64,000 nucleotides of DNA from an uncultured Alphaproteobacteria bacterium (GCA_963757195.1 CAVWQG010000004.1:502044-566043); one strand, 5' to 3'; counted from the stretch's first letter, positions 1 to 9,962 are shown. Program-made: numbers and translations. The notes: generated by a model from the letters alone, not told the origin.

Positions 1-1474
1 ATTGCGGAACCTGGACGCTCCGGTGCGCGCGATTGAAAACGCTACCGCTTACGGTGAGAACAGGTTTGTTGTCTGAAAGCGACCATCGATATTGAACCGA
101 CTCAAAAACCAGAGGCTGCACCTTCACAGGCATCCCCAAGGTGCGGTAGAGCGAAGCCAATCCTGGAGCAGCATCGGCGATAATGTCCCGGAAAGCGAAA
201 AAGCCAACGATAAGCCCGCTTGCCACACAGATGAACAGTCCCCATGCCGCCGCCAGCGCGAGGCCTCCCCGGCGTCTGCGGCGCGGGATATCGCCCGAGT
301 TTTCCTGTGTTTCTTCGATTTCGCGATAGAGACGCTGATCGAAAGCGGTGTCATCGTCCCTGGCGTCAACGGGCTCCTCCGCCGCTACTGGCTCAGGCTC
401 GAACATTTCCTCGTCGACGCTTCGGGATGATTTGCCCCAAAGGCCAGCTATGCCGCTCGGCTTGGCCTGTTCTTCGGTAGCGGTCCCGGCTGCTGATTTA
501 AGATGCGTTTCAAGTTTTTCGGCAAGTTCTTCGTCCGCAAGCGAAGGCGCAACGTTCGCTCTGCTGGCTGAAGATAAAAAGTGCGCCCTCATCGCCTCGC
601 GCAGGGCGGAGTCAGGGTCGCTGTCATCGCTTGCATCGTCTTTCTTGTCTGCGAGCCACGCGTTATCCGCTCCCGTGACACCGCGCTTCCGGTCAGCCTC
701 AGACAAGCCCCGATCGCCGGCTGCGTCGCTCGCTCTTTTGAAGCGGTCTGACGCCGCCGCAAATTTTTCCGCCCAGCCATTGTTGCTTTTAGCCGGCGCG
801 AGGCTCTCCTCGCCATCTTCGGACATTGCAGCCGTTACGACGGACCGGCCGCGGCCCAAACCGGAAAAAACGCTTTGAACGGCATGCCGCGCTACATCAA
901 GCGTGTGCTGCTCCTCTATAGTTTCCGTTCCCTGCGGCGCAACGGGAAGACTCGCGCGCGGAAACGGTATTGTCTCTGCGCTTGCCTGCGACAGCGTCTC
1001 CGTCGCAGCCTCTTCGCCTTCCTCTGTTTGCTTCAATTTCTTTCTCCGTCTGAAGCTGCTGAACCAGCTTATTTTCCCGGAATTTTCGTTTTCCTCGAAG
1101 GCATCGTTCTCGCCAGGGCCGGATTCGTGGTGAGGTTCGCCAACCTCTTCTTTAAGACTTGTTTCCTCCTCGGCAGCAGGTTCCTCCTGAACCGCCACGG
1201 CTTGGTGCGATGGCCAGTCGCGTTCCTCATCGCCTCCCGCAACCGCGAAGCCGTCGTGGACGGTCGGCCCTGCGGGGGCCTCATCCTTCGTTTCTCCGGT
1301 CTCTCCGGACGGAGCGACCCAGGAGGACTCGTTCGCCTCAAGCTCTTCCCCGCCGCTTTCCGGCATGGCGCGCCAGACGGTCCCGCACTTCGCGCAACGG
1401 ACCGTGCGGCCCTCTGGCGGCAAATCGGCCTTGATATCATAGCGGGTTGTGCAGGCAGGGCATTCAATGATCAT
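1..1474 (-). CDS. MJ0042-type zinc-ribbon / TM / DUF3426 protein (ZitP-like), runs off window start
   Basis: Hand translation from ATG at 1474: MIIECPACTTRYDIKADLPPEGRTVRCAKCGTVWRA, then a long acidic linker, TM segment GLALAAAWGLFICVASGLIVGFFAF and DUF3426-like VLTVSGSVFNRAHRSVQVP. No in-frame stop found. Divergent from ftsE as in Caulobacter. Absent from the ORF track because it has no stop in the window. Confidence 0.85.
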   Translation of the reverse strand, partial: MIIECPACTTRYDIKADLPPEGRTVRCAKCGTVWRAMPESGGEELEANESSWVAPSGETGETKDEAPAGPTVHDGFAVAGGDEERDWPSHQAVAVQEEPAAEEETSLKEEVGEPHHESGPGENDAFEENENSGKISWFSSFRRRKKLKQTEEGEEAATETLSQASAETIPFPRASLPVAPQGTETIEEQHTLDVARHAVQSVFSGLGRGRSVVTAAMSEDGEESLAPAKSNNGWAEKFAAASDRFKRASDAAGDRGLSEADRKRGVTGADNAWLADKKDDASDDSDPDSALREAMRAHFLSSASRANVAPSLADEELAEKLETHLKSAAGTATEEQAKPSGIAGLWGKSSRSVDEEMFEPEPVAAEEPVDARDDDTAFDQRLYREIEETQENSGDIPRRRRRGGLALAAAWGLFICVASGLIVGFFAFRDIIADAAPGLASLYRTLGMPVKVQPLVFESVQYRWSLSDNKPVLTVSGSVFNRAHRSVQVPQ

Positions 1475-1594
1475 TCGATAAACTCTATTTCGTGGCTCTT
1501 TTCGCTACCGCCGTCTCGCCTTTGTCTCAATCGATTGCTAAATCGCACGCGCTTTATCATCAGACCGGGCGAGAACAAGCAGCAGGGTGGGGTA

Positions 1595-2272
1595 GTGGTA
1601 TCGGGTCATGCGCTTATTCGTTTCGAGAATGTCGGCCTCCGTTACGGAGTCGGGCAAGAGGTTTTGCGCGATATCAACTTTCATTTGCTGCCTGGGTCGT
1701 TTCATTTTTTAACCGGAGCTTCGGGCGCTGGCAAAACCACGCTTCTCAGGCTCCTCAACATGTCGCTCCGTCCCACGCGCGGACTTGTATACCTTTTCGG
1801 ACGAAATATAGCCAAGAATACGACAGGCCAGCGTGCTGACCTGCGGCGGCGCATCGGAATCGTTTTCCAGGATTTCCGGCTGCTGGATCATCTCACCACC
1901 TGGGAGAATGTTGCGCTTCCTCTCCGCGTGATGGGCCGCCACCAAAGCGATTACCAGGAAGATGTCACGGAACTTCTCAAGTGGGTGGGGCTCGGCGACC
2001 GGATGCACGCTTTTCCTGCTGTGCTTTCCGGCGGGGAAAAGCAACGCGCCGCTATTGCGCGCGCCGTGATCGCCAAGCCGGAGCTTCTCCTAGCCGACGA
2101 GCCGACGGGTAACGTCGATCCGCAGATGGCGCGCCGTCTGCTTCGCCTCTTCATCGAACTGAACCGGCTCGGCACCTCCATTATCATCGCAACGCACGAT
2201 TATCAGCTCATGACGCAATTCCCGGCTGCCCGTATGCAGCTCGAGAACGGCCGGCTTGAACTGCAAGAGTAA
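1595..2272 (+). CDS. ftsE: cell division ATP-binding protein FtsE
   Basis: LIRFENVGLRYG, Walker [29 protein letters not shown]; followed by FtsX. Start (GTG 1595) approximate. Confidence 0.92.
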   Translation: MVSGHALIRFENVGLRYGVGQEVLRDINFHLLPGSFHFLTGASGAGKTTLLRLLNMSLRPTRGLVYLFGRNIAKNTTGQRADLRRRIGIVFQDFRLLDHLTTWENVALPLRVMGRHQSDYQEDVTELLKWVGLGDRMHAFPAVLSGGEKQRAAIARAVIAKPELLLADEPTGNVDPQMARRLLRLFIELNRLGTSIIIATHDYQLMTQFPAARMQLENGRLELQE

Positions 2273-2290
2273 GAGTGAAATTGCCCCGTC

Positions 2291-3262
2291 ATGAGCAGTG
2301 TAGAAACGACGCTTCCGGTTCCTTTCAAGGCGCGCCCGCAACCCGCGGTCAAATTCGCGAGGGGGAACGCGCCTATCGTCCCTCCAGGCTCCGTTACGGG
2401 CAGCTCTCTCACGCTCGTGGTAGCCATCATGTCCTTCCTGGCGTCTCTGACGGCGGGCGGCGTGTATGTTGTTTTCAATGCGGCGAACGTTTGGACGAAC
2501 AAGATCTCGGCGGAGATTACCGTCCAGATCCAGCAGCGCCCGGGAGACGGCGGCGATGACAAGACCGCCGAGATCGCACGCTTTATCTCCGATCAGAACG
2601 GGGTGCGGCGCGTCACGCCGTTCACGCGCGAGCAATCACTGAAGCTCGTGGAGCCCTGGATCGGAAAGTCCGAGGTGCTGAAGACATTCGCAATCCCAAG
2701 GCTCATCGCGGTCGAGATCGACCGGGACAATCCGCCGGATATTTCCACGCTCAAAAAAGTCCTAGAGGCGAAATATCCTGGAGCCCTGCTGGATGACCAT
2801 GGGCATTGGCGCGCCGAAATACGCCGGCTTACAAGGCTACTCGAACTCGCCGGCATGGGTATGCTTTTCCTCATGGCCACTGCAACCGGCGCTGTGATCA
2901 TCGCGGCGGCGACCAGTTCGCTGGCGTCCAACCGTGAAATCGTATCCGTGCTGAACTTTGTCGGCGCCGAGGAGAAATTCATCGCCCGGCAATTCGAGGC
3001 GCATTTTCTGTGGGTGGGCATCAAGGCCGGAATTTTGGGGGCTGGCTTGGCCGCAATTGTGTTTCTCTGCCTCCCTTATCTGACCGAAGGGGTCAGTAGT
3101 TCCGTCACATCACAGGCGGAAATTCGCCGGCTCGTCGGCGCGGGCTCGCTCGACCTGTACGGGTATGTCGTTCTACTCTTCGTTGTTATTGCGGTCGCGG
3201 CTATTTGCAAAATGACGTCGCGCTACGGGGTCCGGCGCATTTTAAATCAGCAGAATGCCTAG
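2291..3262 (+). CDS. ftsX: cell division permease FtsX
   Basis: 4-TM permease pattern (LVVAIMSFLASL..., NREIVSVLNFVGAEEKFIARQF) directly after ftsE. Confidence 0.9.
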   Translation: MSSVETTLPVPFKARPQPAVKFARGNAPIVPPGSVTGSSLTLVVAIMSFLASLTAGGVYVVFNAANVWTNKISAEITVQIQQRPGDGGDDKTAEIARFISDQNGVRRVTPFTREQSLKLVEPWIGKSEVLKTFAIPRLIAVEIDRDNPPDISTLKKVLEAKYPGALLDDHGHWRAEIRRLTRLLELAGMGMLFLMATATGAVIIAAATSSLASNREIVSVLNFVGAEEKFIARQFEAHFLWVGIKAGILGAGLAAIVFLCLPYLTEGVSSSVTSQAEIRRLVGAGSLDLYGYVVLLFVVIAVAAICKMTSRYGVRRILNQQNA

Positions 3263-3267
3263 CTAAG

Positions 3268-3397
3268 CTAGCACGCCCCGCGGATAAGGCGTGCTAGCAA
3301 CTCTCTAGTATCTATAGTATCTATTACAGCTTACGGCCGGAAGTTCGCTTGAGCGTTTGCGGCAATGGGAGTGCGAACTTCCGGCCGGCTTTACTAG
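3268..3397. repeat. bipartite CTAG-ended palindromic element, copy 1
   Basis: CTAGCACGCC-ccgcgg-ATAA-GGCGTGCTAG (3268-3297) plus tattacagc...AAGTTCGC...GCGAACTT...ttactag (3322-3397); homologous to 11702-11830 and 30493-30659. Confidence 0.8.
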
Positions 3398-4220
3398 GCC
3401 CTGTGGACGGATTGCTGCAAGTTGAACGATTGTGGATTCCCAAATCAGTTTTTCAGTGATTCATGGGTGGCCGGCTTCGGGAGGGCCGGTCATGCTGACA
3501 CAGATGACGGAGCGGGATTGGGACATTGCTATCGAGGTGTTCCGGGCGGTGCGCTGCAAGCGGGGCGAGCCGGGCCACGATGATCGCAAGTTTTTGGAAG
3601 CGCTGCATTATTTTACCGTCCACAACATCACCTGGCGGGCTTTGCCCGCCGAGTTCGGCAATTGGAACAGCGTGTGGAAGCGGTTCTGGCGGCTCAGCCA
3701 GACAGGCACGTTCGAGGCGTTTTTCGACGCGCTGGCGAGCTTAAGCGAAAGCGCACATCTGGTGCAGATGTTCGATTCCACCGTCGTGCGGGCGCATGTG
3801 TCCGCGGCGGGCGCAAAAGGGGGCAGGACGTCCAGGCGCTCGGCCAATCGCGTGGGGGCTTCTCAACAAAAATCCATTTAAAAACAGATAAGGACGGGCT
3901 TCCCATCGCCTTTCATCTGACAGGCGGCGAGGCCCACGATAGCCGCTCCTTCGAGACGCTGCTCGACATCGGCCCGGAAATCGCGCCACGGGCGGCCGTG
4001 GCCGATAAGGGATACGATGCGGCGGCCAACCGCGCGGCGACGCGCAAACGCGGCATCTGCCAGGTTATACCCTTCTGGTCGAACACCAAGAAGAAGCCGG
4101 CTTTCTTCGCCAAAATACTGTATAAGGCCGCGCCCGCATCGAACAGGCCTTCGGCAAGCTCAAACGCTTCAAGCGGGTCGCTATGAGATGCGAGAAGACC
4201 GCGCAGAATTATGCCTCGCC
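3398..4220 (+). mobile_element. IS5-family (IS427-like, two-ORF) insertion sequence, degenerate, right end missing
   Basis: OrfA DDRKFLEAL..WRALPAEFGNWNSVWKRF..FDSTVVRAH; AAAAGGGGG slip site 3815-3823; OrfB SRGGFSTKIH..ADKGYD; further frameshift near 4125 before RARIEQAFGKLKRFKRVAMRCEKTAQNY. Left end GGCCCTGTGGAC follows CTAG; no matching right end seen. Confidence 0.85.
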
Positions 4221-5047
4221 CTGGACAGCCTTGCCGAAAAACTGAAGGAAGGCGGGCAAGAGGAGAAGTTCCGGCCATCGCGCATTTCGAGAACATGTGC
4301 CGCCGCGCGAAGCTTGCCGGGAGCGCCAAGACCAACAAGGGCAATCGCGAGGAACTGGACAAGGTTCTATCCCGCATTCAGGCGCTGCGTGGCAAAACCG
4401 TGGCGCAGGGTTGCACCGAGGCGGAAGCCCTGCCGGCTGCGGGCAAGGTCGCCGAACTGCTCGACCAGTATGGTTTGACGCTCAGCGAGATCGACATGAA
4501 GTCGCAAAGCTGCGCGGGCGAAGGCATTGAGACCAACCGCCGCCGCCGGTCGCCGCTGGACGAATGCGCGGGCGCGATCGCCGGTTTCTGCGATTGCCGC
4601 ACCTGGTACGAAATGACGCCTCAGAGAAATATCCGGCATATTTTTTTCGGCCTGCCCGCCGACGTAGCGGGCGCGCGCTATCTCTACGAGAAGATCGACG
4701 AGGCCTTCGAAACCGAAACGGCTCAATTCAAGCGAAGCGAGCTTTACGACTCGCACCCTTCCGCCAAGCGACGCAGCGCCACGACGTCGTTTCAAGCAGG
4801 CCTCGGTCACGGCATCTGCGCCAAGCTCGACAGGCTCAAGGCGGAACGCGCCGCGGCCTTCAGCGCCAGCGGCGGCCGGGATCTGGTGCTCGTCAAAAGG
4901 GATGTGATCGAGGACGAACTCGCCGCCATGGGCATGCGGCTTAAAATTCTCCAGACCGGCCGGAAGAACCTCCTGGCCAAGGCCTACAAGAAGGGCCGTG
5001 TTACCGGCGAAAACCTGGAGTGGGAGGAAAAGCTCGCGCCGGCATGA
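4211..5047 (+). pseudogene. DUF2786-domain protein, 5' end lost at IS junction
   Basis: KVLSRIQALRGKTVAQGCTEAEA..AGKVAELLDQYGL is the DUF2786 signature; N-terminus abuts the truncated transposase. Confidence 0.65.
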
Positions 5048-5178
5048 GGGGTTCACCTTGCTTTGTTACACCGCCAAGCCGTCAATGTTGACGACGCCAG
5101 CCGTAGCCTAAGCCTGGCTTTGACGCGGGCGGCGTAATGATATTAAAAAAGTAACCGGCGCCGCGTAATTTAGGCGGG

Positions 5179-5256
5179 CTAGCGCGGTGAATTTTACATT
5201 TGACTCACGCCTGCAACGGGCTCTCTCGTCAAATGTAAAATTCTAAACTGCACTAG
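5179..5256. repeat. CTAG-ended hairpin element (REP/MITE-like)
   Basis: Perfect 16-bp inverted repeat GAATTTTACATTTGAC (5189-5204) / GTCAAATGTAAAATTC (5228-5243), inside outer arms CTAGCGCGGT / TAA-ACTGCACTAG. Confidence 0.75.
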
Positions 5257-5366
5257 AAGCAATGTGTTGCCAGTGCTCTTGAGGCGCATACGTTTGCTTG
5301 AGGGCGTGCGGCCATGTGGAGCAAACGCATGCGCCAGAGCACTAGCGTCGTTTATGGGTTCGTTTC

Positions 5367-6575
5367 GTGATGCAGTTTGTCTTGGACGTCCTGCCCTTCG
5401 TCCCTCCAGTAAGCTCCGATCCGGTTCCACAGTTTTCTCGGCCGTACCTTCCGCTGCCGGCCCGAAGAAAGCGGGTGACCGTTACCGCTTCGTCTGCAGG
5501 CGCCCTGATCAATTCCTGCCACAGCCTCATTCTCGACATGGTAAACCGTGGCCACAGCGTCTCTGCATTTGCGCCCGGCCTTTCGAACGACGACCTTCGC
5601 ATCCTTTCGCACCTGGGAGCGGAACCCTATTCACTGCCGGCGCAACTTGCGATTTGGGACAAGTACCGGCGCATGCGCGAACTCAGCGCGATCCTCGCCA
5701 ATGCCAACCCCCACGTGGTCCTTGTCGAATCCATACGGAACGGGGCCATCAGCGTCGCCGCCGCCAAGATCGCCCGTGTGCCGCACGTCGTCACAATAGT
5801 CCCCAGCCTGGGACCTGCGTTCATGGAAGGCGCGGGCGCGGCAGTCTGGGGACAGCGCCAAGCGCTGAAAACGGTCTACCGGACGATTTTCAACTGGAGC
5901 GACGCCGTCATCTTTCACAGCGCGCACGACCGCGCCTATGCACAGGAAAACAAGCTCGTGGCGGAGAAGAAACCACAGCTTGCCGTCGGAGGCTGGGGAG
6001 AAGATCTTCAACGCCATGTCAAGCGCCCCCTTCCTTCGCTTGATCGGGGCGTGCTCTTCCTCATGGCCACGCCGCTCGACCGGCTTCAAGGCGTCGTTGA
6101 GTTCTGCGAAGCCGCGAAGGCCATGCGCCTCAAGGCAAGGCGCGCGCGCTTCTTTCTGGCGAGCACGCCTGGCGACGCAGCCTCGCCGCTGCCCACCGCC
6201 CTTTTGAGAAACTATCGCGAATTCGTCCAGTATATCGGTCCTGTCGACGACCCTAGCCGGCTGATCGCGAGATGCCACGTCATCGTGGCGCCCTCCTACG
6301 GCAATGGCGCTCCGCGCTCGCTTTTCCAAGCTTTGGCGCTGGGCCGGCCGGTCATTACGACGAACACCCGCAGCTGCCGCGACTTTGTGCAGCAAGGTTT
6401 GAACGGCCACCTTGTCGCGGTCCGCGATGAGGCGGCTCTGGCGCGCGGAATGATCCAAATTCTGCATCGGCCAGACCTTATGCCCAAGATGGCGGAAGCG
6501 AGCAGACGCCTGGCCATGCGCTATTACGATATGAACACGGTGAACTCCTCGGTTCTCCAAGCGCTCGGCCTCTGA
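5367..6575 (+). CDS. glycosyltransferase family 4
   Basis: GT-B pattern: GHSVSAFAP, CHVIVAPSYGNGAPRSLFQALALGRPVITTNTRSCRDFVQQGLNGHLV. Confidence 0.85.
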   Translation: MMQFVLDVLPFVPPVSSDPVPQFSRPYLPLPARRKRVTVTASSAGALINSCHSLILDMVNRGHSVSAFAPGLSNDDLRILSHLGAEPYSLPAQLAIWDKYRRMRELSAILANANPHVVLVESIRNGAISVAAAKIARVPHVVTIVPSLGPAFMEGAGAAVWGQRQALKTVYRTIFNWSDAVIFHSAHDRAYAQENKLVAEKKPQLAVGGWGEDLQRHVKRPLPSLDRGVLFLMATPLDRLQGVVEFCEAAKAMRLKARRARFFLASTPGDAASPLPTALLRNYREFVQYIGPVDDPSRLIARCHVIVAPSYGNGAPRSLFQALALGRPVITTNTRSCRDFVQQGLNGHLVAVRDEAALARGMIQILHRPDLMPKMAEASRRLAMRYYDMNTVNSSVLQALGL

Positions 6576-6759
6576 ACAAAGTGCAAGCACACTCAGCCTT
6601 TTGTATGAGCCCGCGGCAGCGAAACGCTTATGTGCGACTCTACGGCACGCCGAAATCCAAAGGGTCGGACCTTCCTGCGACAATGCGCGAGCGCGATAAA
6701 AAGCGGGCGGTCTTTACACTCCCGGCGGGCAAGAAGACCTGATACAACGGAGTTGACCC

Positions 6760-8058
6760 ATGCGGGTTCTGGTCGTCGGCGCCGGCGGCTTCATCGGACG
6801 GCACATCGCCATCGAGGCCGCGCGGGCCGGACATGACGTCGTCGCCTGTGGACGAGACACAGCGCAACTTCGCTTCATGTTCCCTGCCTGGAAAGCGGTT
6901 CCTTGCGATTTCGCCAGAGATGGCGTCGAAGACTGGCGGCAGCGTCTGCAGGGCATCGACGTGGTCGTCAATGCTGTCGGCGTCTTCCAGGGCGACGGGG
7001 CAAACAGCCTCGAAACCGTCCACGTCATTGGGCCCCGGGCGCTTTTCGAGGCTTGCGCCGAGCTGAGAATGCAAAAGCTTATCCAGATCTCCGCTCTTGG
7101 AGCCGACGACAACGCGAAATCCAGGTTTCATCTCTCCAAGCGCAAAGCAGACAACCTTTGCTTGGCGCTCGCAGAGAGCCATCAGCTCCCCGGCTGGACG
7201 GTCGTCCGGCCCTCGCTCGTGATCGGCAGGGGCGGACAGAGCACCGCGCTCTTCGCAGCGCTTGGGGCGTTGCCGCGCCCGCCGCGGCTGGCGGCGGGGC
7301 GGTGGGAACTCCAGCCGCTTCATGTCACCGATCTTGCCTACGGCATTGTCCTTCTGCTGGAGTTGGAGGACTCGGCGCCGCGTGAATTGGATTTTGCCGG
7401 TCCCAAGCCAATGACAACCGACCAGTTGACGCACACGCTCCGCCGCTGGCTTCGTCTGCCGCCCGCCGGAGTGTTCACGGTGCCCGAGTGGTTTTTGAGG
7501 GGGGCGTCTGCGCTCGGCGGACATTTCTTCTTCGGCGCGCTGTCCCGGCAAAGCCTGGACATGCTTGCTCGCGGCAACACTGCCTGCATGACGCCCCTGA
7601 AAGAAGCCTTGCACTGGCTGCCCCGGCCGTTGTCGGAAGCGATGGCGGCAGACCCCTCCACGCAGGCAGACCTCTGGCATGCGCGGCTTTATTTCTTCAA
7701 GCCCGGTCTGCGAACCGGCCTTGCGCTCTTGTGGATTGCAACGGCGATCATATCCGTTTTCGTTTATCCGTTAGAAAAGAGCCTCGCCCTGATTTCAGGG
7801 CTCGGCGTAAGCGATAGCCACGCCGCGGCCCTGGTCTATGGGGGCGCGGCGCTCGACGCCGCTCTCGGCGCTGCCCTCCTTGCAAACATCCGTCCCGCCC
7901 TTGTGGGCGGCTTGCAGATCATCGCCATGCTGGCGTTTACGGTCCTCGCCACGATGGCCGTTCCGCAGGTCTGGAGCGACCCATTCGGGCCGCTGATGAA
8001 GAACCTTGCCGTCCTCTTGGCGACGCTGACCATGATCGCGCTCGAAGCGAGGCGATGA
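6760..8058 (+). CDS. NAD(P)-dependent SDR/epimerase with C-terminal DoxX-like membrane domain
   Basis: VLVVGAGGFIG Rossmann motif, QISALGAD, C-terminal TM helices ending WSDPFGPLMKNL. Confidence 0.85.
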   Translation: MRVLVVGAGGFIGRHIAIEAARAGHDVVACGRDTAQLRFMFPAWKAVPCDFARDGVEDWRQRLQGIDVVVNAVGVFQGDGANSLETVHVIGPRALFEACAELRMQKLIQISALGADDNAKSRFHLSKRKADNLCLALAESHQLPGWTVVRPSLVIGRGGQSTALFAALGALPRPPRLAAGRWELQPLHVTDLAYGIVLLLELEDSAPRELDFAGPKPMTTDQLTHTLRRWLRLPPAGVFTVPEWFLRGASALGGHFFFGALSRQSLDMLARGNTACMTPLKEALHWLPRPLSEAMAADPSTQADLWHARLYFFKPGLRTGLALLWIATAIISVFVYPLEKSLALISGLGVSDSHAAALVYGGAALDAALGAALLANIRPALVGGLQIIAMLAFTVLATMAVPQVWSDPFGPLMKNLAVLLATLTMIALEARR

Positions 8059-8522
8059 GCTACCTTCTCCTGAAGTACATCCACATCCTTAGTTCGACGT
8101 TGTTGTTCGGAACCGGCCTTGGGACGGCGTTTCACGGCTTTCTCGCCTTCAGGACAAAAGACCCGCGCGTGGCAGCGGCGGTGGGGCGCTCTGTCGTGCT
8201 GGCTGACTGGCTCTTCACAGCGCCCTCAGTCGTGATCCAGCCGATCACAGGGGTAACGATGGCGCTTTTGGCCAGCGTGCCGCTCACGCAAGGCTGGCTG
8301 GCGTTGTCGATCGCGCTCTATGTTCTGGTCGGCGTCTGCTGGCTGCCGGTTGTTTGGCTGCAAATCCAGCTCAGGCGCATGGCTGAGGGCTGCCTTCGGA
8401 GCGGCGATTCGCTGCCGCCCCTGTACTTTCGCTATCTGCGCGTCTGGTTCATCCTTGGCTGGCCCGCTTTCGCAGCCGTTCTAGGAATTTTCTATTTAAT
8501 GGTTTTCAAACCGGAACTGTAA
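8055..8522 (+). CDS. DUF2269 integral membrane protein
   Basis: YLLLKYIHILSSTLLFGTGLGTAF..ADWLFTAPSVVIQPITG..YLMVFKP; ATGA overlap with the SDR-DoxX gene. Confidence 0.88.
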   Translation: MSYLLLKYIHILSSTLLFGTGLGTAFHGFLAFRTKDPRVAAAVGRSVVLADWLFTAPSVVIQPITGVTMALLASVPLTQGWLALSIALYVLVGVCWLPVVWLQIQLRRMAEGCLRSGDSLPPLYFRYLRVWFILGWPAFAAVLGIFYLMVFKPEL

Positions 8523-8654
8523 TTTTCTTAAAATGCATAGTAGGTCCCTAACGATTTAATTAATGCAATCCTGTCCAATTTTCCCGTTGCAGCTTTGCTT
8601 CGGCTAAACTTCCCGTCAGCTTAAATAACATGCGAAGCATGTGGGGAGGATCAA

Positions 8655-8897
8655 ATGCGTAAACTGATTTTACTTGCTTTAGTCAGTGGCGCCTGGGTTG
8701 CAACATACGCTACGGAGGCATCCGCAGTCATGTGCGCGAAGGGCGTCTATCGCGCTGGTTGCGTCGGACCGCGCGGCGCTGTTGTGGGCCATCGCGGCTA
8801 TTACGGGATGGGCGGCACTACCGTCAGAGGCAGCGCGATGGTGCATCCTCGAACCGGCACAGTCATACGCCGGCGGACCACGGTTAGGCATTACTAG
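8655..8897 (+). CDS. small secreted Gly/Arg-rich protein
   Basis: RBS GGAGG; signal peptide ending ASA; CAKGVYRAGCVGPRGAVV. Confidence 0.7.
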   Translation: MRKLILLALVSGAWVATYATEASAVMCAKGVYRAGCVGPRGAVVGHRGYYGMGGTTVRGSAMVHPRTGTVIRRRTTVRHY

Positions 8898-8917
8898 TAT
8901 TAGTAAACTTAACCGGT

Positions 8918-9014
8918 TGACATCCAGCCAAGCGAAGCGCGAGCCGGGATCGTGAATATGCAAGCTTTTCAGTATATTGCGATCCCGGATAAGGGTTGGC
9001 CTTTCCGGCACGAC
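8918..9014 (-). repeat. double-hairpin intergenic repeat (gtcatcccggaaagg... family)
   Basis: Reverse copy of 15572-15667: catccagccaagcgaagcgcgagccgggatcg ... gatcccggataagggttggcctttccggcacgac. Confidence 0.8.
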
Positions 9015-9089
9015 GGGCGCGCGGCCCTTGGCGCGTCCGGCGAACTTTACTAAGAGGATTGAGACGCTCAGCGCCTCAGCCGGGAGTTC

Positions 9090-9752
9090 TTAAGCCTCCG
9101 GTTTGGCATTTTCCTCAACAGCGGGAACTTCGTCCGCCGTTGTCTCGGCCAAGAGCTTCAGCGCCTGGCCGGGCCAATCCTCGCGCTCAAGGCGGCCGCC
9201 AAGCTTGAGGTAGTCATCGACCAACGCGATCTCTTCGTCCGAAAAATTCGCGAGCTGCTCGAACTTGATCACGTTGATCTCGCTCAGGCGCTTCTCGTCG
9301 GCGGCCTCCAGCCCCTTGATAAGCTTGAGATTGTCAGGATTGCCCTTCGGCCGCTTGAAGCCCTTGAATTCCGCCTTCAGCGCCTTCGCGCGGCTATCCG
9401 TACGCTCGGGAATGCGGGCCGCCTTGCCACGCAGACCGCGCAGATAATAAAGCTTCGCGCGGCGTACCTTGCCGCGGCGCACGACCGTAATGCTGTCGAT
9501 GAGCGGAGAGTAAAGCGGAAACACGCGCTCGACGCCCTCGCCATAAGAGATCTTCCGGACCGTGAAGCTTTCATTGAAGCCCCCGCCGGAGCGCGCGATG
9601 CAAACGCCTTCATAGGCCTGGACGCGCTCGCGGGTTCCCTCGACGACCTTGACGTTGACGCGCAGCGTGTCGCCGGGCTGAAAGGTCGGAATGCGGCGCT
9701 TCGTCTCAAGCTGCGCCATTTGCTCTTTTTCGAGCGTTTCGATGATGTTCAT
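9090..9752 (-). CDS. rplS: 50S ribosomal protein L19 with C-terminal HhH-like extension
   Basis: [38 protein letters not shown]; extra ~90 aa [34 protein letters not shown]. Confidence 0.95.
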   Translation of the reverse strand: MNIIETLEKEQMAQLETKRRIPTFQPGDTLRVNVKVVEGTRERVQAYEGVCIARSGGGFNESFTVRKISYGEGVERVFPLYSPLIDSITVVRRGKVRRAKLYYLRGLRGKAARIPERTDSRAKALKAEFKGFKRPKGNPDNLKLIKGLEAADEKRLSEINVIKFEQLANFSDEEIALVDDYLKLGGRLEREDWPGQALKLLAETTADEVPAVEENAKPEA

Positions 9753-9962
9753 ACCTGAATTCCTTCTGCGGCACATCAAATGGGCCTTCATGCCGCGCTG
9801 AAAAGAGAGCGCAAGCCCGCCGCGCCAGTTGAGCTGGAATTGCGATTACTTAAGGCAAAAAAGTGAGCTTGTCGATTGCAACATTTCCCCAGCCGCCTGA
9901 TTTCCGCGCAAGTTGCGGCGAATATGTTGACGGACAGGTCCCTTAACCGCAACATCACGAAC

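Noticed and set aside
875-2272. 465-aa FtsE with a long N-terminal extension
   Set aside because: The first ~240 codons are the antisense of the zinc-ribbon gene; FtsE motifs begin near 1595
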